Positions 8,959 to 17,766 of a stretch of 64,000 bases of DNA are shown here, in pieces. Origin of the DNA: Herbinix sp. Its GTDB lineage: Bacteria > Bacillota > Clostridia > Lachnospirales > Lachnospiraceae. How positions within the stretch are numbered: the first letter of the stretch is position 1; each line of letters begins with the position of its first letter. The position numbers and the translations under genes are program-made. The notes beneath the pieces were generated by a model, which searched no databases, was not told the origin of the DNA, and saw nothing but the letters and a program-made list of their open reading frames with translations. The stretch is from positions 3,716 through 67,715 of the forward strand of contig JAQZBD010000010.1 in the NCBI GenBank assembly GCA_029239235.1, given 5' to 3'.

Positions 8959-11900
8959 CTATTTTATCAGAGTCAAATTACTTCCATCTAGCTTCTTTGT
9001 TATCACTATTTTCTTTTCAATACGCTCCTTCAACTCACTCACATGTGAAATGATACCTACGTACCGATTACCCATGGTCAGTGTATTCAGCGTTTCGATA
9101 GCCTGCTCCAGCGAATTACTATCTAGGGAACCAAAGCCCTCATCAATGAACATAGCATCCACCTGAATGCCTCCTGCAAAATTCTGAATAACATCCGATA
9201 AACCTAAGGCGAGTGACAGAGCCGCTTTAAAGGATTCCCCACCTGATAGAGATTTTATGGATCTCGCTTTTCCTGTATAATAATCCATAACCTCCAGATC
9301 TAGCCCGGCGGAGCTTCTTAAGTTTGTTGGATCTTCCTTTCGCATTAGTGCAAACTGACTGTTCGACATCTTGTAAAGACGCTTGTTTGCTTCATTAATA
9401 ATGCTATTAAAGTAAAATGCCTGCACATACTGCTCAAAAGCAATCTTTGCCTTTCCTGCAAGCTCTCCATTCGCCGTCTTAGATAATTCATTCACCAGAA
9501 GAAATTCTTTTCTAAGACTCTCCTGTTCCTGATAGGTTCCACAAGTATTCTTTAAGATTTCTTCATTCACCTTACGCCGGCTATAAATATTTTGCAGTCT
9601 GACCTCACTTTCCTGCTTTTGCAAATCTAGCTCTTCCTGCTCCTTGGAAAGAGCGGTCAACTCCAGCTTTTCTTTCCCCAAAGTCTCCTGTGTGAGGCGT
9701 TTTAAATTCTGCTCTACTGTACTGCGACTCTTGTGATAGGCATCAAGTCTATGCTGATTTTCCTCCAGCTCTTCCTCTGTCATTAAGCTAGCTTTATATT
9801 GTTCATAATCAGCAAATCCACAAGCTTCTAGCTTCGCTTTCCATTTTTCCTTTTCCTCTTTCTCTTCCTTTTCCTTCTCCCCCTGTTTCATCTCATTATC
9901 GGCAAGGACTGCTTTTAATTTTCCAAGTCTCGTTTCACCAGTGCGGAAGTTAACCTCCGCCTGATGTAACGCCTCCTGTAATTCAGTGTATTTCCTGTGG
10001 TCAGTTATTAAAGCCTGCTCTGCTTCATCCTTTGTGGAATATAACAAATCTCCTCGTAGTGTTGTCAGCTGACCTTCCAACATACTAAGCTGATTTACGA
10101 CAACGCCTTTACCCTCTATTTTTTCTTGATACAATTTCTCTTTTTGCTCTAACTCCTCAGAGATCTTCTGCAGCCTGATGGCGCATTGCTCTTTTTGCTG
10201 AAGCTTCTCCTGTAAATTATGAACTTTTTTCTGAAGCTCATTTGCAGCTCTTTCCTCTTCCTCCAGTCTTTGCTTGACCTGAACAGGAATATTATCAAAA
10301 GAATCAAGCTCCTCCATTTGAAGCCCAGTTATTTTTAGCTCTGTTATTATTAGCTTATCTGCCTTAAACTCTTCTATTTTTAACTCTTCAATCTTAAACT
10401 CTTCTAGCGCCTCTGCTATTTCCTTTTTAAGCTGGCTTTGAAACAGCTGGATTTTAGTTATTTGATTTCTGCAATTACTGCTAGCCTCCGCCATCTTATT
10501 CTGCAGTTCTTCCCGCTTGGTACCTGCTTGTTTTAACTGTTCCTCACTGGGTGCTTCATTCGTAAGCAGCGCCTTCTGAGGGTGTTCCTTTGATCCGCAG
10601 ACCGGACAGGGTTGTCCCTCTACCAGATTCCCTGCTATGATCCCTGCCTGTTCACGCAAGAACTGATGCTCCAGCTTAAGATACTGCTCGTTCTGGCTGT
10701 TGTATTGCAGCTGCACCTGTGTAAATTCTATTTGCAGTTGTTCCAACAGAGCTTTCTCTGATATCAATTTCCCATTCTGAGCTAGGATATCTTTATATTT
10801 TGCTATTGACTTACGCTTTTGCTCCAACTGATTACTGTAATCCACCAGATCACGATCAACGTTACAGTAAGAATCCTGTTCCCTCGTCTTCTCCTCCCGT
10901 TTAGCGGCTAGTATTTTATTTTGCTCTTCGAGATTCTTAAGTTCCTGTTCTAACTGCTCTTTTGAAACAAATGCTTTTTTATATTTTGCTTTCAACTCTT
11001 CAACTGCATCATATTTTATTCTGTCATCTTCCTGACGCTTAATTCTGATATTAAGTTCATTAATTTCCGGACAAGTGGCTTCTTTTTCTTCCCATATTAC
11101 CTTGAGTTCGGATAGTTCTTTCGTTATTTTCTCTTCTTCTTGTTGCTGCAGTTCAATTGCAGCTTTCAGCTTCTGAAGCTCTAACCGGATGCGCTGATAG
11201 GACTCTTCTGCCGGTCGTACTGTATAGAAAGCTTTCCTGCCCTCCTGAATTAAATTCTCTATTCGCTTCATCTCTGTTTCATGAGATAACAACACCTGAT
11301 GCTGCTCTTTGGCCTGCTCAAGCTCCAGAAATGCCTGATTTATCTTCTGTGCTGATGTGTATTCTGCCGCCTTTTTCTTGATTTCTTCGGAAATAGTATG
11401 ATTTACTCCCTGTTCTTGTTCAAATAAAAGTACGTCCTTTTCAATCAGGTTCGTCAGCATTTCCAAAATGTTATCCACCTGATTGATGTCCGGTTTGGAC
11501 TTCCACTCATTAATCACGGACGATGAAGTATCCTCATTATCACAGTTAATGCCTTTTAAAAATTGAAGGATACTCTTGTCCAGGTCTTCACAGCGATATT
11601 TTAGATTATTTGACATGAACTTCAATTTCTTTTGTATTTCTTCAAATATCTGTGTTCCAAAAACCTTTCGAAAGATTGTACCTCGCTCATTGCTATCTGC
11701 TGTCAAAAGCTGAAGAAATTCTCCTTGCGCTATCATTGCTATCTGCTTATATTGTCTCCAATCAATCCCAAGTAAATCAATGATTGCCGTTGTCACCTTG
11801 GAGCTTCCGGCAATGATAGAGCCGTCCGGCATAATCAGCGTTGCATCTGCTTTTTCCATGGTTGTTCCAGTGCTCTTTAATTTGCTACGTTCATAGGCAG

Positions 11901-12186
11901 GATTTCTTGTCACCTGGTAGCTTTTCGCCTTATGCAGGAAGGTCAATTCTACAAAGGTCTTATCTTCACCTTCGGCATAATCACTGCGAAAACAATCGGG
12001 TGTACGATTCTCACCACTGGCATTTCCGAATAACGCATAGGATATGGCATCAAAAATAGTTGTCTTGCCAGCTCCCGTATCCCCGGTCAGCAAAAACAAT
12101 CCACTCTCACCAAATTCATCAAAGGGTATTTCTACCTTCTTACAAAAAGGTCCAAAGGCATTTAGAACAAGCTTTCTTGGCTTCAT
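8959..12186 (-). CDS. sbcC: SbcC/Rad50-family DNA double-strand-break repair ATPase (exonuclease subunit SbcC)
   Basis: A 1075-aa ORF. It has N-terminal Walker A LLTGDTGAGKTTIFDA, a long coiled coil with a central zinc hook CPVCGS, C-terminal signature LSGGESFKAALSLALGL and Walker B MFIDEGFGSLD. It overlaps the sbcD stop by 4 nt. Confidence 0.93.
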   Translation of the reverse strand: MKPRKLVLNAFGPFCKKVEIPFDEFGESGLFLLTGDTGAGKTTIFDAISYALFGNASGENRTPDCFRSDYAEGEDKTFVELTFLHKAKSYQVTRNPAYERSKLKSTGTTMEKADATLIMPDGSIIAGSSKVTTAIIDLLGIDWRQYKQIAMIAQGEFLQLLTADSNERGTIFRKVFGTQIFEEIQKKLKFMSNNLKYRCEDLDKSILQFLKGINCDNEDTSSSVINEWKSKPDINQVDNILEMLTNLIEKDVLLFEQEQGVNHTISEEIKKKAAEYTSAQKINQAFLELEQAKEQHQVLLSHETEMKRIENLIQEGRKAFYTVRPAEESYQRIRLELQKLKAAIELQQQEEEKITKELSELKVIWEEKEATCPEINELNIRIKRQEDDRIKYDAVEELKAKYKKAFVSKEQLEQELKNLEEQNKILAAKREEKTREQDSYCNVDRDLVDYSNQLEQKRKSIAKYKDILAQNGKLISEKALLEQLQIEFTQVQLQYNSQNEQYLKLEHQFLREQAGIIAGNLVEGQPCPVCGSKEHPQKALLTNEAPSEEQLKQAGTKREELQNKMAEASSNCRNQITKIQLFQSQLKKEIAEALEEFKIEELKIEEFKADKLIITELKITGLQMEELDSFDNIPVQVKQRLEEEERAANELQKKVHNLQEKLQQKEQCAIRLQKISEELEQKEKLYQEKIEGKGVVVNQLSMLEGQLTTLRGDLLYSTKDEAEQALITDHRKYTELQEALHQAEVNFRTGETRLGKLKAVLADNEMKQGEKEKEEKEEKEKWKAKLEACGFADYEQYKASLMTEEELEENQHRLDAYHKSRSTVEQNLKRLTQETLGKEKLELTALSKEQEELDLQKQESEVRLQNIYSRRKVNEEILKNTCGTYQEQESLRKEFLLVNELSKTANGELAGKAKIAFEQYVQAFYFNSIINEANKRLYKMSNSQFALMRKEDPTNLRSSAGLDLEVMDYYTGKARSIKSLSGGESFKAALSLALGLSDVIQNFAGGIQVDAMFIDEGFGSLDSNSLEQAIETLNTLTMGNRYVGIISHVSELKERIEKKIVITKKLDGSNLTLIK

Positions 12187-13325
12187 ACTCTTCCCTCCGA
12201 ATCATTTAAAAGTTTCAGCATAACCTCTCTTTGCAGCTCTGATAAAGGATTATTATTCTGATTCATAAAGAACTCCTCGAATAACTCCAGAGGTGATTTT
12301 TGCTCCACCATCTCTGCTGCCAGCTTCAGATTTTCCTGATAGACCGACTTACTATTTTCAAAATCCAATCGCATAATATTTGGATAGACACTTCTGAGTT
12401 TTCCGATTGCATCGTAGATCTCTTCCTCATCTGTTAGAATTGCATGGATGTAGTCCTGGGTATTTGCCTGGCAATAGAATTTATGATCGGTCAGAGCGGC
12501 AATCGGCCCCTTAATCTGCCTCATATCCCTTATGGGAATTAAGGGAAGCTTGGTTATCTCTAACTGTCCCTTCTCCATCAGCGTGACCATAGTAACACTT
12601 TTCGTATGATTTGCTTCCGAAAAGGAATACTTAAGCGGAGAGCCTGAATAACGGATCGTGTCCCTTCCTATCCTTTGTGCCCCATGGAGGTGACCCAGAG
12701 CAACATAGTCAAAAGCTTCAAAAACCGCCGTATCTACATTGTCCAAACCTCCTACCGATATCTGCTCTGAATCACAGCGTTCCGGCTCCGTCTCACCACT
12801 CGTGATGAATTGATGTGCCACCAGAACATTTCTACTATGCTCATCTATCTCACTATGCTCCATTATTGCTGCCACTGCTTCCTGATAAGTATTAACGCCC
12901 GGGAAATAGCGGTTCACCATAGCAGGCTTAACAAAGGGGAGGAGATAAATATTCACCTCTCCCAACTCATCCTGCAATGTTACCTTTTCTAACTCCCCCT
13001 GAAAGGTACCCACAATATGAATACCATTCTGTCCCATGATCTTTCCGCCATAATTAATTCGCTCACTGGAATCGTGGTTTCCACTCACCATAAAGATATC
13101 AAGCTGCTTACTATGTAATTGAGTTAAAAATCGATCAAATAACGCGACTCCCTCCTCTGTTGGTATACTTTTGTCATAGATATCACCTGCAATCAGGATA
13201 CCATCCGGCTTCTGCTCATCTACTATGCTTAAGAACTGTTGCAGAATATATTCCTGGTCTTCGATCATGGAAAATTCATTGACTCGTTTGCCAATATGTA
13301 AATCAGCCGTATGTAATAGTTTTAT
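12183..13325 (-). CDS. sbcD: SbcD/Mre11-family nuclease; apparent non-canonical ATA start
   Basis: Calcineurin-like phosphoesterase motifs are present (GDIYD, SGNHD, GHLH). The first metal motif, IKLLHTADLHIGK, lies upstream of the first ATG (13268). That frame is open only back to 13343 and contains no ATG, GTG or TTG. An AAGGAGG SD (13340-13334) sits 8 nt before the ATA at 13325. Confidence 0.85.
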   Translation of the reverse strand: MKLLHTADLHIGKRVNEFSMIEDQEYILQQFLSIVDEQKPDGILIAGDIYDKSIPTEEGVALFDRFLTQLHSKQLDIFMVSGNHDSSERINYGGKIMGQNGIHIVGTFQGELEKVTLQDELGEVNIYLLPFVKPAMVNRYFPGVNTYQEAVAAIMEHSEIDEHSRNVLVAHQFITSGETEPERCDSEQISVGGLDNVDTAVFEAFDYVALGHLHGAQRIGRDTIRYSGSPLKYSFSEANHTKSVTMVTLMEKGQLEITKLPLIPIRDMRQIKGPIAALTDHKFYCQANTQDYIHAILTDEEEIYDAIGKLRSVYPNIMRLDFENSKSVYQENLKLAAEMVEQKSPLELFEEFFMNQNNNPLSELQREVMLKLLNDSEGRV

Positions 13326-13512
13326 AACAACGACCTCCTTTGTTTAGATTATTCTAGCCTAAGGTAATTTAGACCTATTTTCGACATCTCATCTGTACAT
13401 CTCCCATAAAAAGTATTAAAATGCTATTTATCAACAGGAGCTTTCAATTACTACCCGTAGTAATAATATAGATCCATTAACTGAAAGATAAGAAAGTGAG
13501 GCTTGTAACGAG

Positions 13513-14061
13513 ATGGGGCATTTTGGTACAAAGAAACAGCCAGATTTTAATACTTCTGAAGAAATAATTTTAAAAGAAATGCATCGATTTACTGATTCTG
13601 CCGAAGAATTGTTAAATAGCAATACGCAAAAACATTCTTATACCATGCTTATCTTTGATGTCACTCTCCTGGGCGGAGCCAGCGAATCTTGCAGCTTGTC
13701 AGCTTTTAGAGATTTAATTAGCTATATCGGCAGCATGCTAAAAAATTATGTCCCAGAACCGAATCTATTCTGTCAAATTAATTCGAATACCTTCGCCATT
13801 CTAATGAAAGATTGTAAAGCCGTCGACGTAGCACTTTTAGCAATCAGCCTCACAGAAGAAGCAAATCAGTTCCATCCTGGTTCCATGGTTAAATTAACCT
13901 TTGGTTCCTGTCTGGCAGATCGCAGAAAGATCGATATCATTGCACTCTGCAGACAAGCTTATTATGCAAAAAACACAATTACAGATCAGAACCACCAAAT
14001 TCTAGCAGATTATAATGAATTAGAGAGCTACAACAATAAATTTGGAGCCACAACAAAGTAA
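13513..14061 (+). CDS. stand-alone degenerate GGDEF-like domain protein (hypothetical)
   Basis: A 182-aa ORF. Its layout mimics a diguanylate cyclase core (LIFDVTLL..., ...LISYIGSMLKNYVPEPNLFCQINSNTFAILM..., LCRQAYYAKNT), but the GGDEF signature is replaced by NSNTF. Confidence 0.45.
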   Translation: MGHFGTKKQPDFNTSEEIILKEMHRFTDSAEELLNSNTQKHSYTMLIFDVTLLGGASESCSLSAFRDLISYIGSMLKNYVPEPNLFCQINSNTFAILMKDCKAVDVALLAISLTEEANQFHPGSMVKLTFGSCLADRRKIDIIALCRQAYYAKNTITDQNHQILADYNELESYNNKFGATTK

Positions 14062-14197
14062 AAACATCAATAGGTTATAACTTGTGAATTCGCTGACATA
14101 GAATCCATACATATAAAAAACAGTACCTTCGTTCAATGTCAGCGAAATATCTGTAACAAACATCGGCTTATGTTAAATCCTACCGCATTGTAATCAA

Positions 14198-14821
14198 CTA
14201 CCTAATAAAGTTCGTTCTTGCTCTTTCTTCCTGCTCCGGCAGCTCGATTCCCGCCTCTTTACCAGCCTGGATTGATTTTAGAAGCCAGGCCATATTTCTT
14301 CCAAGCACTCTCATAACCTGCATTCCTTCTAGATCCTGCCTAACCTCATCAGGCGTATTCCCATGCACCATATTCCAATACTGGGAAGATACCAGTGGCA
14401 TATTAGAGATTGTAAAGTATTTATTCAACTGCTCAAAGGCAGATGTTGCACCGCCACGACGACAGCTAACGATGGCTGCACCCGGTTTATAAGCAAGTGA
14501 TCTGCCACCTGCGTAGAAAAGTCTGTCTAAAAATGAGGTCACAGCACCTGAAGCAGCCGCATAATGAACGGGAGAGCCAACAATAATACCATCAAACTCT
14601 TTCACTTTTTCAATTCCAACATTAACGACATCATCATTAAAGATACATCTGCCGGAAGTATAACATCCTCCGCAAGCGGTACATCCCCGAATCGGATCCT
14701 TTCCAAGTTGAAAGATTTCTGTCTCGATATTTTCTTTTTCTAATTCTCCGGCTATTTCACATAGTGCCGTATAAGTACATCCCTTCGCTTTGGGACTTCC
14801 GTTGATTAATAAAACCTTCAT
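14198..14821 (-). CDS. flavodoxin-fold NAD(P)H-dependent FMN reductase / iron-sulfur flavoprotein (Isf-like)
   Basis: The N-terminus MKVLLINGSPKAKGCTY is typical of the FMN reductase family. A compact cysteine cluster CTACGGCYTSGRC (CX2CX2CX5C) resembles the one in Isf proteins. Confidence 0.8.
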   Translation of the reverse strand: MKVLLINGSPKAKGCTYTALCEIAGELEKENIETEIFQLGKDPIRGCTACGGCYTSGRCIFNDDVVNVGIEKVKEFDGIIVGSPVHYAAASGAVTSFLDRLFYAGGRSLAYKPGAAIVSCRRGGATSAFEQLNKYFTISNMPLVSSQYWNMVHGNTPDEVRQDLEGMQVMRVLGRNMAWLLKSIQAGKEAGIELPEQEERARTNFIR

Positions 14822-15011
14822 TCTTTCACCTACACCTTTCTATGTTTGATTCCCTATTCATAAAAGAATAAGCTGAAATAAGCAGGGTCAACTCAAGCTA
14901 GCATTTCAACCCTTAATACTTATTAATTGTAAACCTAATTACTAACTATATCTAATATATAATATAAGAGTCAAAAAAGATAGAACTTTCTATTACTCTT
15001 ACTTTCATATC

Positions 15012-15752
15012 TTAGAATTTATTATGATCTGTATCTCGTTGGTTCTTAGGATTAGAAAAATAGAGATGAAAATTTGTATATCTGTTTAATGAATTATGAT
15101 CCGCCTTAATAAACTCCCAGGTTTCATCATATTTGCCCTGAACCGCAAAATCCGTATGCAGGAGAAATTTTAGAAACGCCTGTGGATTATTACCATAGGT
15201 TTTATCAAAGGAATGGGCATACTTGTATTTATCCCGTTCTACAAGATTGCTATTATTATGCATAATATGATCCAGGTTGCAGGAGAAGTAATACACACTA
15301 TATGGGATCGTTTTCCATACCCGATTTATGTCGATCAGTTTATCAAGAATTTCAGCTTTTTGATGATTTCGGGTAATAATCGCTTCTACATTGTTGGAAT
15401 ATATATGGTCCTTTGAATAATAAGGTCTCTGTGGTTTTGATGGGTCACTCGGCGTATCTGCTCTTTTTAAACTAACATGATCATCCGAAATATAAGCTCC
15501 ATCCATATCTACCAGATGTACTACTTCCAGGAAATCACTCGCCCGAAAGGTTCTTGATGCATAGCCTCTTACGATATCCCCTATTTTAGCAGCTGCGTTC
15601 GATAAGGTAACACCTTTTCTGGTTGTAATATCTCCGCTTAAAACTGCAAATTCCACCTGGTTGTCATTTAATAGTTTACTTAGTGTATAAGCCAGACAGG
15701 TCTGTTCTGTAATTCCTTCAACGATAAAAAGTATTATTTTTCTACTCGCCAT
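15012..15752 (-). CDS. TOPRIM-like (RloB/DUF4276-like) putative nuclease, partner of the upstream ATPase
   Basis: A 246-aa ORF. N-terminal IILFIVEGITEQ (conserved Glu) plus VHLVDMDGAY (DxD) give a TOPRIM acidic pattern. SCNLDHIMH resembles the RloB-type C-terminal motif. Its start overlaps the ATPase stop by 11 nt. Confidence 0.65.
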   Translation of the reverse strand: MASRKIILFIVEGITEQTCLAYTLSKLLNDNQVEFAVLSGDITTRKGVTLSNAAAKIGDIVRGYASRTFRASDFLEVVHLVDMDGAYISDDHVSLKRADTPSDPSKPQRPYYSKDHIYSNNVEAIITRNHQKAEILDKLIDINRVWKTIPYSVYYFSCNLDHIMHNNSNLVERDKYKYAHSFDKTYGNNPQAFLKFLLHTDFAVQGKYDETWEFIKADHNSLNRYTNFHLYFSNPKNQRDTDHNKF

Positions 15753-17163
15753 CTACGTCACCTGCAATTCTAAAGGAATGACTGATCGAATAGCTATTTG
15801 TTGGCTCATAGATATTTTCTCTCTGTCCTCCCAGTATGATGTCATGAAAATATACATCTCGCAGATTATTATTCGTTTTCACATTAGCCAATCTCATGTA
15901 ACGGTTCATAGGATTGGTTGTTGTAAAAAGAATGGAATTCTTATTCAAGGTTTCTAAGGGACGTAAATTATGAGAGGTAAAGATCAACTGCCCTCTTCCT
16001 GTGTCGTGAATGACTTTCAGAATTTCACCCAGTAAATATTCATAGACACCTGCATCCAGCTCATCAATTGCCAAGGTCATGGAAGGGTTATTATACATTG
16101 CAATCAGCATGTGCAGTATGGAAATAATCTTTTTAATTCCCTCGGATTCATATCGTAACGGAATTTTTCGATGATTCCTGACCGAAACTAATTCAATATT
16201 TACCCCTTCCTCCCCATCCTTCATGGTCTGTTTTCCCATATTGACAACCTGCACTTCTAATCCGGGTATGATCTCCATTAAGACAGTATTCATCACATTA
16301 ATAACTTTATTTACAATATCATATACTGCTGTGGGAACAACGGTTGATGTATCCAGTCTAAGTAGCATATTTGCTGTCGTTGCCGTCCCATTCTTATCAA
16401 TTCTATAACTGAAGGGCAAGGCTATATTCATTGCAATCAGTCCCGAATTACGATTACTGATCACGTATAAATTATTCCGCCCATAGTTGAATAAGGCTGA
16501 AATAATTTCCTTATAGATGGGCATCTTGCAATGCTTAATTATTTGCTTCTGTGTATCGGATAAAAAGAGAAAGGAGGTTGATTGCTTAATTGCTATCTTC
16601 TTTGCAACGATCAATTCACTCATCACCTCTGGTTTACCCATTGTCATTTCCCGAAGGGTTGTATTAGGTTTAAAGATTTTCTTCTCATTCGCGTCGTATT
16701 CTATCAAGGTACGCAAAGAAGTCCATCCCCCGTTCTCTAAGCTGGCATATTTTATCTTTTCTGATGATACATACACTGGGATAAAATCTTCATTGTGCTC
16801 ATCCCACTCATCCTTATAGCGCTTCGATATAGAAAACTCATATATCACCTTATATATATTAAATTCGTCTGACTCATCCTTAATGATAAAATCAAATCGA
16901 AAGCTGGATTGTTCTTTCCCTTTTGTAATGTAATTGCTTACCTCTGATGAAATTCTCTTTCCGGATAAGAGCGAACTGAGTATAAGCAGCGCATTCATAA
17001 ATGTTGTTTTTCCAGAACCGTTTTGTCCATAGATTCCAAGAATATCAGAAGAATGATCCAGTATGTCATTTTTTATACCACATGGCATTTTAAATGCACC
17101 ATGCTCTACATTTTGTAAGTTATTTATTTCTGCATATTGTATTCTAACAATTTTATTATCCAT
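15742..17163 (-). CDS. ABC/SMC-fold AAA_15/AAA_21-like ATPase (OLD/AriA/AbiLi-like), not a transporter
   Basis: A 473-aa ORF. Motifs are Walker A GIYGQNGSGKTTF, signature-like YESEGIKK, Walker B LAIDELDAGV and H-loop IFTSHN, with a ~300-aa insert between Walker A and B. A GGAGGG SD precedes the start. No permease is nearby. Confidence 0.75.
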   Translation of the reverse strand: MDNKIVRIQYAEINNLQNVEHGAFKMPCGIKNDILDHSSDILGIYGQNGSGKTTFMNALLILSSLLSGKRISSEVSNYITKGKEQSSFRFDFIIKDESDEFNIYKVIYEFSISKRYKDEWDEHNEDFIPVYVSSEKIKYASLENGGWTSLRTLIEYDANEKKIFKPNTTLREMTMGKPEVMSELIVAKKIAIKQSTSFLFLSDTQKQIIKHCKMPIYKEIISALFNYGRNNLYVISNRNSGLIAMNIALPFSYRIDKNGTATTANMLLRLDTSTVVPTAVYDIVNKVINVMNTVLMEIIPGLEVQVVNMGKQTMKDGEEGVNIELVSVRNHRKIPLRYESEGIKKIISILHMLIAMYNNPSMTLAIDELDAGVYEYLLGEILKVIHDTGRGQLIFTSHNLRPLETLNKNSILFTTTNPMNRYMRLANVKTNNNLRDVYFHDIILGGQRENIYEPTNSYSISHSFRIAGDVDGE

Positions 17164-17410
17164 GAGAAATCCCTCCTAGTTAACTATAGTATAACCAGCT
17201 TAACAGAAAATAACAATTCCAATTTTATGTTTCGATACATTTTGTATCGTTTTTATTCGTGTTCTTGATTATACTTAATTAAATCCAGAAAATAATAACC
17301 TTTTACTTCAAAAGGAGCCTATTGCTAAATTTATAAACTAAAAAAGACACTAGACATCCGGTATATTAGGTAGGATATCGTGCCTTTGATCGTTGTATCA
17401 ATATTTATAA

Positions 17411-17440
17411 AAGAAAAAACCCTTGAAAATCAAGGGTTTT
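17411..17440 (-). terminator. Rho-independent terminator of tRNA-Gln
   Basis: cccttga-aaa-tcaaggg, extended by A/T pairs. On the minus strand it is followed by ttttttctt. Confidence 0.8.
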
Positions 17441-17442
17441 AA

Positions 17443-17514
17443 CAGGGCTACAAGGATTCGAACCTTGAGATGCTGGAGTCAGAGTCCAGTGCCTTACCGT
17501 TTGGCGATAGCCCT
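17443..17514 (-). tRNA. tRNA-Gln (anticodon CTG)
   Basis: The minus strand reads AGGGCTATCGCCAAACGGTAAGGCACTGGACTCTGACTCCAGCATCTCAAGGTTCGAATCCTTGTAGCCCTG. It folds with a 7-bp acceptor stem, anticodon stem CTGGA/TCCAG, loop CT-CTG-AC, T-arm CAAGG-TTCGAAT-CCTTG and discriminator G. CCA is not encoded. Confidence 0.92.
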
Positions 17515-17558
17515 ATTTCATTTTGTTCTCGTAACCGCTTACGTCAGCCACGAATGAT

Positions 17559-17587
17559 ATTATAACAAATAGACTTGTACATTTCAA
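17559..17587 (-). promoter_or_regulatory. sigma-A type promoter for tRNA-Gln
   Basis: The minus strand has TTGAAA, a 17-nt spacer, then TATAAT (complements of 17582-17587 and 17559-17564). This sits about 40 nt upstream of the tRNA 5' end. Confidence 0.7.
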
Positions 17588-17766
17588 GCATAATTTTCAT
17601 CTTTTTTCAATTTTTTTTAAAAATATTTTCAATTAGCCCATTTTATACTCTTTTTCAACTCATTGCACCATATATTATAATCCCATTAGCTGAGTATTAT
17701 TCTTCAAAGAATACCTTAACTCTCCTTTTTCAGACCCAGCCCCGGGATATTATCTAAGACTCATTT

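Noticed and set aside
14822-15011. Possible att-type direct repeat of the tRNA-Gln 3' end (aagcagggtcaactcaag versus aacagggctacaaggattcg) marking an integrated island
   Set aside because: The match is only a few scattered bases, and the window has no integrase or recombinase gene. There is not enough evidence to call a mobile element.
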